A DNA stretch of 64,000 nucleotides, from NCBI GenBank assembly GCA_964016885.1, contig OZ024743.1, positions 215,698,001 through 215,762,000 on the forward strand. Direction: 5' to 3'. The notes beneath the pieces were generated by a model. It had not been told where the DNA came from and made no database searches. It saw only the letters and a list, made by a program, of their open reading frames with translations. This document shows, one piece after another, positions 43,293 through 55,399 of this stretch. The position numbers and the translations under genes are program-made. Positions within the stretch are counted from its first letter, which is position 1, and each line of letters begins with the position of its first letter. Origin of the DNA: Eledone cirrhosa. Taxonomy: Eukaryota.

Positions 43293-43402
43293 TCATCATC
43301 AGGTCGAGCTTGCTCGGCTTTCTACGACACGTTTCCTCCATCCATCTTTGTCTCTCATAGCGTTTGCCAGTTCTTCCGCAGTGCATCCAGTATCGGCCTC
43401 AG
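43293..43402 (-). mobile_element. RTE-like LINE 3' tip inside pLTR (left arm)
   Basis: Reverse complement of 47316-47428. Confidence 0.65.
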
Positions 43403-44054
43403 ATTTAAGAATAAAGTAAATAAAATACAGAGGTAAGTGAAATTAAATAAATACATACACAAGCATACGCGAAAACGCTCGCCTTAGGTATACAAATATA
43501 TGCACGTACGCGAAAATAAAATCCCGCACGCATACGAATGTATACATCAAATACACATACAATATATATATATTAATATATATGTGTGGGTGGGTGTGCC
43601 TGTATACATATATTTAAATAAACGTATATAAATAAATAAATACGTATATAACAAGCGCACACGCATACCTACATGTAAATACATATATGTTCGGAGACGT
43701 ACGTCAACCAAAACACGAAGTACACATATACACACACCCTACATACGTACGAACCCGCATACTCACACAGACGCAAAGCTCACGTATACACATAAACAAA
43801 ATCATATGTACCAGAATATATAATATATACGCCATAACATATACAATCAAATATACGTACGAGGAAGTATACGTACCCTCACAAACATTTAGGTAATATA
43901 TATATTTACCTATTCAAATAAGTAATGGTATAAACATAACATATACTTAACTACCACATCAAGAGGTAAAATAGCCGCGTATAGTACGTACTATCCGTTA
44001 GGGTATAATGTGGGGCTGTAATACAGGAAAGTAAGTTTTGTTCAATTTATGTTT

Positions 44055-46106
44055 TCAAGCCGAAATTGCCTCATATTTTTTGTTTAAGATGTGGTCTTTG
44101 GCGTAGAGTATTTCGAGAGCCTCAGCGGCGCAGATGTCACATGGTCTTTTATTTTTGTTATACAATCTAGCCCTAGCTAGGATCTCCCAGTGTAACTTAT
44201 ATTGGGTATGGTTGTCTTTTAGACCTCGGATATAAGCTGAAAGTGACGTCATATTCCTTCTTAATGGGTAACGAAAAGAATGGGTATGCATGTAAAGACG
44301 CTGCTTTAATCTATTGGCGGTTAACCCTATGTAGGCCCTACGGGACGTGAGTGTTTCAACCTTATATTTGTAGACAATGTTACTAGAGAGGCATTTCCGC
44401 GATAGGGGGCAGTCAACCCGATTCCAACAATTACAGTTAGTACTAACTATAGGCTTGCACGTGTTCCCACGGCTAGGGAGTTTAGCTAAATTTGAAGCTG
44501 TGATGTTATGTGCAAGGTTATGAGTCGTAGAGTAAGACATATTAATAGTTTTTCTATTAAAAATGTTACTATATATATGTGTAAGGGGAAATGCTTCATA
44601 ATAACGGAGAGAAAGATCTTAGCTAATAGAGTGGCCACCTCCATATTATATGGTGGGTTATACCATATAATACGTCGGGATCTATTTCTTATAGGTCTAT
44701 TCTCGTACTCTGTATATGCTACCTTCTCGACAAATCCACTCCGAGCAAGAGCTTCATTGTAATATATGGAATGGTCGTTGAAAACATGCTCGTTAGAAGA
44801 TAGACGGGAAAGCCTCAAAGAAACGTTTCTTACCAGATTCTTGGTTATGCTGGCAGGATGGTTAGAAAGCTTACTTATGTAAATAAGCGTATCATTCGTC
44901 TTTCTATACGGGTAATGAAAGCCATTCGATAAATTGAGGGTAATGTCGAGGTAATTAATGAATGAGAGGTTGGCCTCTACCGGTATGGAGAGGTTGAAGC
45001 CTTTAAAGTAGGCTGTGAGTTCTTTTCTGAACCTGTCGCAAGTACGTGCGCCGCACTTAGTCATGGTCAAAAGGCCATCATCACGGTACAAACTACCGCC
45101 CGCGTTGGGGAATTCTTTCTTGATAGAGAAAAGAAGGAAAAGGCCGATAAGATCAGTAACCTCGGCAAAATCGCTGGCGCCCATACGCACATCGAATGGG
45201 GTACTATTGGATTTTTTAATCCAAATAGAGTCGTCAACATTAATTACCGACTTACAGGCATTGAGAATGACATCAACTTCGAAATTCTTAACCACTGTGA
45301 GTGTTTTAGCGAATTTGATAGCTCTAAGGAGAAGTGGTAAAGTGATGGAGGAGTAGTAATTATTGATGTCGAATTGGATAAAACGGCAATGTTCCTTGTT
45401 GCATATACCGTTGAACCAATCAATCACCGCGAAAGAATTGTTCCACAGTGAAAAAGGGGGAAACTTCTAATTTCAGGTATAATTCTATCAATAATCATTT
45501 TACTAAGTCTACCTAAATCGGACTTCGTAGGGTTAATAAGCCGAATAGAAGGGTTGTTCGGAAAATTGAATTTGTGATCCTTCAGGGTAAACTGTGGAGA
45601 ATAGGGTCCAGACGTTCAGTCCGGTCCAGGATGTTGAGATCAGAGGTGATTTTAAACCCAGCATAGTTGATTTCATTAATGACGCTCGGATTAGTTTTAC
45701 AGTAATCCTTAGTTACAGCATTATGTAGCAGTTGATGGTAAGTACTGCGCTCCACTTGATATATATTGCCAGTTTTGACGGAATTGACGTGCACGGCATT
45801 AGAATCCTTAATATAACAAATTTTATTCTTCAGGTCTTGCTGGAAGGAATTGCTCCTATGCCGAAATTTGATACTCCGTATGAGTTCTAAGACATCATTT
45901 TCGAAGGGTAGCAATGCTGGGTTACTCGGAGGGTTATTATAGCTTTTAAACCACAATTTATCCTGTTTGTTGTCAGCTTTTCCATGATTATCGAAATATA
46001 AGGCACGCCAACGCAACCTTTTAAAGAACGCGTCTGTTTTCTGTATCAGGAGTTCTAGGTATGTTTTCCTGTTTGGTACGGGTATGTTCTTTGTAGAAAC
46101 ATTCAC
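44055..46106 (-). pseudogene. PLE RT-GIY-YIG ORF, frameshifted
   Basis: STKNIPVP..Y..LIQK..F.KRLRWRALYF; RLINPTKSDLG; FIQFDINNYYSSI; MGASD; LYRDDGL; NYLDITLNL; IIWYNPPY; CNC..CPL..CL..IVY..YIGLT..H..SF..CDIC..E..LN. Confidence 0.9.
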
Positions 46107-47315
46107 ATGTTTTTTCTGAATGATGAATATAAATCAATAGAGTGCTCAACCGTAAAATATCTTCCTCTACGACTCCTAACCTTGCACATAACCTCACAGC
46201 TTCAAATTTAGCTAAACTACCTAGCCGTAGGAACACGTGCAACCCTGTAGTTAGTACTAACTGTAATTGTAGGAATCGGGTAGACTGCCCCCTATCGCGG
46301 AAATGCCTCTCTAGTAACATTTTCTACAAATGTAAGGTTAAAACACCCACGTCCCGTAGGGCCTACATAGGGTTAACCGCTAATAGATTCAAGCAGAGTC
46401 TTTACATGCATACCCGTTCTTTTCGTTACCCTTTAAGAAGGAATATGACGTGACTTTCAGTTTATATCTGGAGTCTAAAAGACAACCATACCCTATATAA
46501 GTTACACTAGGAGATCCTAGATAGGGCTAGATCGTATAACGGAAATAAAAGACCATGTGACATTTGCGCCGCTGAGGCTCTGGAAATACTCTACGCCAAA
46601 GACCACATCTTAAACAAAAAATATGAGCCAATTTCGGCTTTTAAACATACATTGCCCAAAACATTCCTGTATTACAGCCACACATTATACCCTAACGGAT
46701 AGTATGAACTATACGCGGTTATTTTACGTCTTGATGTGGTAGCTAAGTTTATGTTATGTTTATAACATTACTTATATGTATAGGTAAGTATATATTACCT
46801 GAATGTTTTGTGAGGGTACGTAAACTTCCTCGTACGTATATTTGATTGTATGTGTTATGGCGTATATATTATATATTCTGGTACATATGCTTTTCTTTAT
46901 GTGTATACGTGAGTTTTGCGTCTGTGTGAGTATGCGGGTTCGTAGGTATGTAGGGTGTGTGCATATGTGTACATTGTGTTTTGGTTGACGTTGTCTCCGA
47001 ACATATGTGTATGACATGTAGGTATGTGTGTGCGCTTGTTATATACGTATTTATTTATTTATATACGTTTATTTAATTATATGTATACATGCGATGCGCA
47101 CACACATATATATATATATATATTAATATATATATTTTTATGTGTATTTGGTGTATACATTTGTATGCGTGCGGGGTTTTTTTTTCGTTACGTGCGTGTA
47201 TTTGTATACCTATGGCTAGCGTTTTCGCGTATGCTTGTGTATGTACGTATTGGATGCGTGTATGTATTTATTTAATTTCAATTACCTCTGTATTTTATTT
47301 ACTTTATTCTTAAAT

Positions 47316-47428
47316 CTGAGGCCGATACTGGATGCACTGCGGAAGAACTGGCAAACGCTATGAGAGACAGAGATGGATGGAGGAAACATGTTGTAGAAAG
47401 CCGAGCAAGCTCGACTTGATGATGATAA
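47316..47428 (+). mobile_element. RTE-like LINE 3' tip inside pLTR (right arm)
   Basis: EADTGCTAEELANAMRDRDGWRKHVVESRASST* followed by a (TGA)n tail. Confidence 0.7.
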
Positions 47429-47852
47429 GTTAGAATTTTAGTCTACGACTTCAGTGATCCCATTTACGTGGTTTTGTCCTTGCGTGCAATTGTTCTCACT
47501 GCTCCACATATGAGTATTATCTTCGTTTTTTCCGTTCATTGCCAGAGAACATCTCTATGAACCTCCTAATAGAATATAAGTATACGACTTCTTTTATACC
47601 AGAAACGTGGTTTTGTCTTTGAGTGTAAATGTTTTTCACCGCTCCAAATAATGACGTATTATATTCGTTTTTCCCCGTTCTTTGCGAGGGAACGTTCCCA
47701 CGAACCAAAGTATCGTTTTCCTGTATTCCTCCTGTTGCAACGTTTTTTGAAATATTCACTTCTGCGTTCACAGATTGACTTTGGTAGTTTCAGAAGATCC
47801 CGTTAGGAGTGAAAGCAGCGATACTTTGCTTAAACTTTTATCTGTTATTTTA

Positions 47853-47890
<38 letters not shown>

Positions 47891-47914
<24 letters not shown>

Positions 47915-48026
47915 GAATGAAGTGTGGTAATGAACCAGGTGGACCATACCGCACCTGTGTACCCGATACATAGAGTAGTAGAGTGGGTAATAGGAAAGGA
48001 AAGGAGTCAGGGGTCCTGACTCTTTT

Positions 48027-48028
<2 letters not shown>
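47891..48028. repeat. Short element embedded in (TA)n, ending in a 14-bp hairpin
   Basis: Homologous to ~38300-38375; hairpin GGAAAGGAGTCAGG-GGT-CCTGACTCTTTTCC at 47998-48028. Confidence 0.65.
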
Positions 48029-48121
<93 letters not shown>

Positions 48122-48609
48122 CCGTGTGAGTTTGTGCCTGCGTTTGTGTGCATGTGTCCATAACACGGCATCGCAGCCCATATTGCAGAGTACAGGGAGA
48201 CAAGCAAAAGCCAGGACTTGTCCGCCATCTTCCTCTTTGATTGAGTGACCGTCGAGTTTTTTTCTCTTTCTTAAATGTTGTTTTTTTTATTTTTTTAATA
48301 TATTTATATTATTGTATTACTTTCATTTGTGAAATATAGTTAACATAAAATTTAGAATAAAATATTATTCAAATCATTTTTAAAAATCAGCAAAATGAAA
48401 AAAAAAAAAGAATGTTAAAAATGAAAAATATAGAAAAGTGGTTCTTTTGTTGATAATTTGTATAAAATGCAGTGAACATGTTTCTGTAGCAACATCATTA
48501 TTCCATCAAATGAGCTATGAAATAAAATGAAAAGTACAGGCATTTATTTGACATGTAGAATGTTGTACTATGAAATGTACAGAAAAAGAAAACAGCAGTG
48601 GAAAGGACT

Positions 48610-48872
48610 ATAAGCTGGCGACATCTGATTGTGAAAGAATTATAAGCGGGCCTTCCACACGTATGTATCGTTGTACGTAAAAGAAGAGTAAGAGTTGCTG
48701 GCCACTGCCATCATGCCACCTATGAGGCTGTGTCCCCATTAGTGTTTTGGAAACCACAAGCAGTCACTAATAACACTAATAACAGAATTTGACGGCGGCA
48801 ATGAACGACTGAGACAGGTGGAGATGAATTGTTGAGTTTATTCCGGCTGAGGGCACATGATGATGATGATGA
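48610..48872 (+). mobile_element. RTE-like LINE 3' fragment
   Basis: ISWR..RRVRVAGHCHH...SPLVFWKP...LTAAMND*DRWR..., ending in (TGA)n. Confidence 0.65.
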
Positions 48873-51402
48873 GTAGGGAATTATCATACTTAAACGAATA
48901 TTTCATTCACCCATTTTACGCAAACGTACAATAAAACGTTAAACATAAAAATTAGGTTGAACATAATTTATTTGTATTTGTAGCTGCCGTTTGAGTGCAG
49001 GATTATGTCCTTAACGGTTTTACATTCAGCTCTCTTATTCAGTGCTTGAATGCAGGGTATGAGAAAAACTAGTTGATGGTAAGTTCATTGACGCCATTCA
49101 TTCTTGCAATACAATGAAAACTATATAGGCACCTTATTCCATTCCTCACGTTCATCTTCGATTCAATAAAATCAGCTTGATATCTATTGCACTTTTTACC
49201 CTTCAAAACTACTTTTTGAGTATGAGGTTGGATTAATGAACACCTTTCCTCCTAAATGTGCTATTAGTGACATTTGCTATGACAACGTAAACAAATATCT
49301 ATATGCAACGCATGTTGAATTTTTATGGTTTCTAAATCATTAACTTATGTGTGCTGTATAGTCTGAGAGAAAGCGTGGACCTTATTGCACTAAAACCACA
49401 TAATTTTGTCTTCTTGCCTCCAAAGTCGGGCTGCATGCATATGTTTGGTCCAGCTCCGTGTGAGAAGAATTCCCTTCTTTTCACCTTTGTTTTGTATTCA
49501 TATCCCCTGTCTGCAACTGAAATATTGTTGATCTTATGTATACTAGGGCTACGAGTTTGAACGCATCAAGAAACTTTCAGTGTGCATCAAAATTATCTCG
49601 ATACGACTGACGCTTCCTTTCAATCACAAACTCTGATTTTTGCATTTGTGTTGCACCTCAGAATACTATTTTATCTAATTGGACCTAATTGCTCCACTAT
49701 TCCTTGCTCATTGAGGTAATTTTAAGTGGCTTATTATTGCCATCTAGTCTCTCTGCGTGCACAACTTATGCAATCATTTGAAGAGTATTTTAGAAACCCG
49801 ATGGTTTTATGTGCTTATATATATATATATGTGAAATACTTCCTTTCTCATAATAACAATTCACGAGTTGAAGAATCCTGCATGTTATTTTACACTAGTT
49901 AATCTTTCCTAGAACTAATTAATTTACTCTCTGCTAAACCCCACCCGTCCACTTTTACGATCTGGCTTGCTTATGTACCCTCACCACATATGACTTAAAT
50001 AGAATGTGTTACTTGATTACCTAATATCCATTCGAATTACTATAGGTGAGGTCGATGAATAGCCATTCCTATAACCCCTAACACTATCTTCAACTTTATT
50101 TACAGTGTTAATATATTTCGTTATTAATTTTTCTTTATATACATGATTGTGTATGTGCGCGCGCCTATTTGAATTGAGTGTCTGGTTGCATGTGTGCGTG
50201 AGTGGCTAGTCGAATGTTCAGCAGTACATTCATATATGTGCATTTATGTGGGTTCTACGACCATTTTCATTTCAATGTAGAATGTTAGGAATTCACTATA
50301 ATGAGAGTAAAATATATAACAAATAACAATAAACAATACAAATGAAAAAATTAAAACTCACCAGTACAGGGGAGTACCTCCCAGAGGTGACTAAGGAACC
50401 CCATACATTCTAACACTCCCACCAACCGAATTTCCAACAACACACTATGAGAGCGCTTCTCTCCTATTCAAAATAGCCAGCGCAATTGATCAGCGCAATT
50501 GATCAGCGCAAGCCCTTTCAAACGGGCCATCCTTGCTACATCCACCCACCTTATAAGAAATGTACTGGAGGCTGCATTTCGCACTACATCATGTTTTCGA
50601 AGATGAATTTTAAAAAGTAGTTGACGATGGGTTGACTGAACAGGACATTTTCTGTTATTTCAGCCGCGTCCACCACATATAGTTTGCTACTGCCACCATG
50701 CAGAGGAAATATGCCTTCTCTCCCCAGTCATTAGAAGGTGGTGTGGCAATCTTCATGATGAATTTGGTCCACACCCATCATAACTGAACTCCACAACTCA
50801 CAATTCTCCACAACTCACTAATACATGGATACTGAACGAAGGCGTCCAGAAGGATTTCGTCGTTCTGCGAGCATCTCGGATATGTCCGTGTGAACAGATA
50901 TTTAGATAGCAATTCTAACTGTTGACTGGTGTATGTCACGAGGTCCACACAATGTTTGGAAACACATGGTTTATCTAACTTAAATATGGCCTGAATCTAT
51001 CAAAATATTCGATGTTATATATATATATATATATATCCCACATCTCTCCTCTTCTGACCACCGCTTCTTGGATTACCCACACGCGAAATTGACTTCTAAC
51101 CAAATCTCCAAACATCCGTGGAACTTACCAACTTTTCAACCATCCTCTTACACCATCACCTATATAACTCACCCACACACACACCCCCCAAACATTTTTT
51201 TTTATCCACACGCCACCCACACCCACAACACGCTTAAACCACACACACGTGCTTTCCACCACATATTTACACCCTCAGCCCCCTGATTCCTCTCCCCCCA
51301 CCCCCCCTATCCACACACTCACAGACCCTCCGACCCACAAAAACACCCCCCACACACACCTTCCTGATCATGCAACCCCGTTCTTCCCCCAACCCTCACT
51401 TT

Positions 51403-51445
<43 letters not shown>

Positions 51446-51763
51446 CTAACCACACACACCACCTTCAGCCCTCCCCGCTCGGACACCCCGTCTCCCTCTC
51501 CCCACTCCACCCGCCACCACCTCTACTCACCCCACACCCTTCCACCACCTGTTTACCCCCCTTTTAATTTCAGTTTATTTTGATCATGCCTTTATTTTTA
51601 AATTTTCTCATTCCTTGTATTTTGATCATGCTTTATTGTTATTTATTATTTATTATATTTTTGTCTTTATTTGTTAATTTTTCATTCGCACCGTTTCCTT
51701 TCGCTATATGTCTCTCCACCACTCCCCTACACACCTTTTGAACTCTGTTCCCACACACTTCTC

Positions 51764-51795
51764 ACCTGAAGAAGGGCTTATGCCCGAAACGTCGT
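51764..51795 (+). ncRNA. Minimal type I hammerhead core
   Basis: AC-CTGAAGA-AGGGC-TTAT-GCCC-GAAAC-GTC-GT; AATAAA ~35 nt downstream; helix I only 2 bp. Confidence 0.55.
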
Positions 51796-51923
51796 CCCCC
51801 CCTACCCCCCTCTCCTGAGCGTGAATTTAATAAACATTTATTGTACTGCCTCTCTGTTCTGTCCCTGTTCAATTTTTCATTATATATATATATATATATA
51901 CATGCGTGTGTGTGTGTGTGCAC

Positions 51924-51966
<43 letters not shown>

Positions 51967-53807
51967 TGTTTGTTTGTCTTTGTGTGTGCATGGGCGTGTA
52001 AATGCGTGTGCAGTTGTGTGTACATGAACATACATATGTCCCATAACTCATATAGATAAATTCATAAATGCATATGTATATTTATCATTGTACGTATTTT
52101 CGGGCAATAGCATTATGCCGGTATTTGTATTATTTTATTTATTGTACAGGATAAATCTGAAAGGAATTCAATATGATGGCTATATGACATTTTGTGTAGA
52201 AATTACCCCTGTCACGTCCCTTGCTTTTTCTTAGTTTATATCTTATTTTCCATAAATCTCTGCCGTAATAATTCTGAGTATAATCAGTATATCCTTTACA
52301 AGAATACTGTAATGTCAGATATTTTCTCTTCCAAATATGAAGAACGGAAATAAACAATAATGAAATGTGAAACAGAAATACAGAATTATAAAGACGAGTT
52401 CAGAATACAGAAAAAAAACAACAACATTGAGGTCGTAAATCTAATCTATCATTAATGTTTTGTTTTCTTTCTTTATAATAGGTTGCAGTATCCCGAATTA
52501 CCATTTCTTTCATTCCATAGCGAAACGTCTTTGCTTGATATTAAGACATTAAGATTATGAATTTTATCTAGAATAGCATACTTCATAACATTTGGATTAA
52601 CTTCCCTATTTATTTCGGGAAGCTGACATTTAAATACCACACTCAAGCTCGCCTACCCATAACAAACATACGCATATTCCTCCAATCATAAACTAATATA
52701 TTCACATGTATGTGTATGCTTGAAGGCATCTATTCACACAAATAGATATTTTATATGATATGAGCGTATTCGTGCCCATGTGTATCCGTATATAAGACTG
52801 CATTTATATTTGTGTCCGTGCATATTCCTCGGAGTTTATTGCTTTAATATACATACATAAAATCTTGCATAAAATTACATACACATAATAAATAAATACA
52901 AATTATATGCCTGTGTGTATGTATGAACATATACGTTGAGGTGACAGAAAGAGGAGTAATCGATGTACTGATAGTGGGTAAATGGTTAGGTAGTGGATAT
53001 TTAGATACACTGATAAATCATACTTCGATAGGGTGGACGGAATGAAATAAAGTAGGGACGATTTCAAAAAATACAAGTGAGATTATTAGGACCGGATATT
53101 TCCGTTCCAATCCCATTGACAATAAAATAATAGACGATATTTTAGTATTCACTCGTTGAAAATTCGATATGTTATTGGAATTGGGAATTTGATTTGCGAA
53201 GATATATGCGATATGAAAATCAGCATACTTTATGAAAACGTCAAAGACATAAACATTGTTAATTATAAAAGCATTAGCAAAAGCCTCCACTATACAATTT
53301 GTTCTAAGGGACACAGCACTACAGGAGATATGGCCTGGAAAACAGGAGGAAGAGAATTGCGGGAATAATATGCATACGCCAGCAAATCAGAGAGAGACTG
53401 AGAATGTAAAAGGAGGTATGTTGAGCGAATTCTATCGTAAAATCGTGAATCATAGAACGTGGATAAGATTTCGTTTTACGATTCTTTGTGTTCATTCATG
53501 TATTTGAAGATTTATATATTATTTATTAATTATTGCAAATTACGGATATTTCCGTGGTATGAACAGTATCTAAATTTCTTGTAAATTTTTTGGTGCAGAA
53601 TTAGTTTTGCATTTTGACTAGGGAAATACAAAATATTCGTTTTTAGAAATATATTACTAGAAATTTACATTTCTCAATAATTTTAGTCAATTAGATTTAT
53701 CACTGTCATTTGCTAGGCGCTATATTAACAAAGATTTCAGCAAAATCAAATCACAAAATGAATAACAAATAACATACAATTCCGTAAATGATTTGAATGT
53801 AGCAAAG

Positions 53808-53971
<164 letters not shown>

Positions 53972-54176
53972 TAAGTATATACATAGACATACATTGATGT
54001 ATATCTATGTATAGATATTTCGTCTGTCAACAATAAAGAAAGAGCTCAAATCTCACTCCACCAGAAATAAGAAAGAAAGATATATATAAACATACGACGT
54101 AGTTATACTCTGGTGCGAATCGTCCGATGATTTTACCGATATATAGGTAGGTATAATGTTTTTATTATATAGACGC

Positions 54177-54354
54177 AAAGCCAGCAATTTTTTACGGGGG
54201 TGGAGTTTTAGGGAGAAGTCGATTAAATCGACCCCAATGCGTGAATGGTACTTTATTTTATCCACCCCATAAGGATGAAAGGCAAAGTTAACCTCGGTGT
54301 GATTGGAACTCAGATCATAAAGGGCCGTAACTTTATGTTGCAAAGCATGGCAAT
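54177..54354 (-). mobile_element. SINE family 1, longer-tail variant
   Basis: ggtactttattttatccaccccataaggatgaaaggcaaagttaacctcgg matches the family core. Confidence 0.8.
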
Positions 54355-54495
54355 GGTAGATAGATAGCTCGGTATACAGATTGGCAGATAGAGATATTGA
54401 CAGAGAAGCATGTAGACGACTGAAAAGTAGATAGTCATACAGAGAAGCACACAGAGAATCATGCAGACAGACTGACATCATGCAGACAATCATGC

Positions 54496-54528
<33 letters not shown>

Positions 54529-54551
54529 TATATATATATAGAGAGAGAGAA

Positions 54552-54620
<69 letters not shown>

Positions 54621-54771
54621 TGTATAGAAATAGATAGACAAATAGACAGAGCGGTAGAGGAACAAGACGACGGATAGTTAGATAGATAAATTGATATTTA
54701 GATAAACAGATCGAGAGTGATAGAGAGAAAGAGAGAGAAATTGATAGATGGTTTGATAGTTAGACATATTT

Positions 54772-54805
<34 letters not shown>

Positions 54806-55192
54806 GTTTTTATTTGCCACCGGGTCCGTACAAAAATGGGACATTACAAGACATGACGGCAGGGGTTTTACATATAATTTTTAAAAATAATAATGAATAA
54901 CAATAAAATATATACAAAATAAAACGTTCGAAATCCCCAATAGGGGAGGAACGTTACTGCGGGTTGTTTTCCATCCCGTAGATAGAACAACCCTCAACAT
55001 CAGGAGCACGTGTTGTAGCTGCTCCCCTCGTCCCTCTGTTTTTCTTCCTCAATATACATGTTTATATACAGAGAAGGTCCATTGACTCGGGCCTTTTTCG
55101 CCACATTCACTCACCTTTCAGCGAATTTACTGGGATGTAGCACCTCGCTCTCCACTCTCATGTTCCTTCCGAAGTGGTACTTAAAGAAGAGA
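54806..55192 (-). mobile_element. Tx1-like 3' fragment
   Basis: FFKYHFGRNMRVESEVLHPSKFAER*VNVAKKARVNGPSL is homologous to the ORF2 end at 5006-5140; AATAAA at ~54810; (GATA)n on both sides. Confidence 0.75.
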
Positions 55193-55399
55193 TGGTAGAT
55201 AGATAGATACATTGACAGATAGATATGTAGGTCGGTAGGTAGGCTGCTTGGTTGGTAGAGAGTTCGGTTTGTTCCTAGCAAGGTAGGTCGGTAGGTAGGT
55301 TGGTTTACCTGCCTACCGACCGAACTACCTGCCTACCTACCGATCTAACTACCAAACTTGACCCGAATAAATCCTATTTAACTGGGTGATGTCTAAAAA

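Larger units (their letters stand above)
42921..47860 (-). mobile_element. Naiad-type Penelope-like element with ~1.5-1.7 kb 5' inverted pLTR
   Basis: Arms 43008-44532 and 46165-47860 are reverse complements enclosing the RT; (TA)n on both sides. Confidence 0.88.

Noticed and set aside
43293-43340. CTGATGA on the minus strand as a hammerhead
   Set aside because: It is the stop codon and (TGA)n tail of the RTE fragment; no downstream GAAA.
44055-44057. In-frame TGA at the conserved C-terminal C-[RK]-H position of the Naiad-type endonuclease (ISA*KH), suggesting selenocysteine as reported for some Naiads
   Set aside because: The inverted copy has TTT at this codon (~46639). TGT (Cys) is one step from both TGA and TTT, so ordinary decay is more parsimonious; no SECIS identified.
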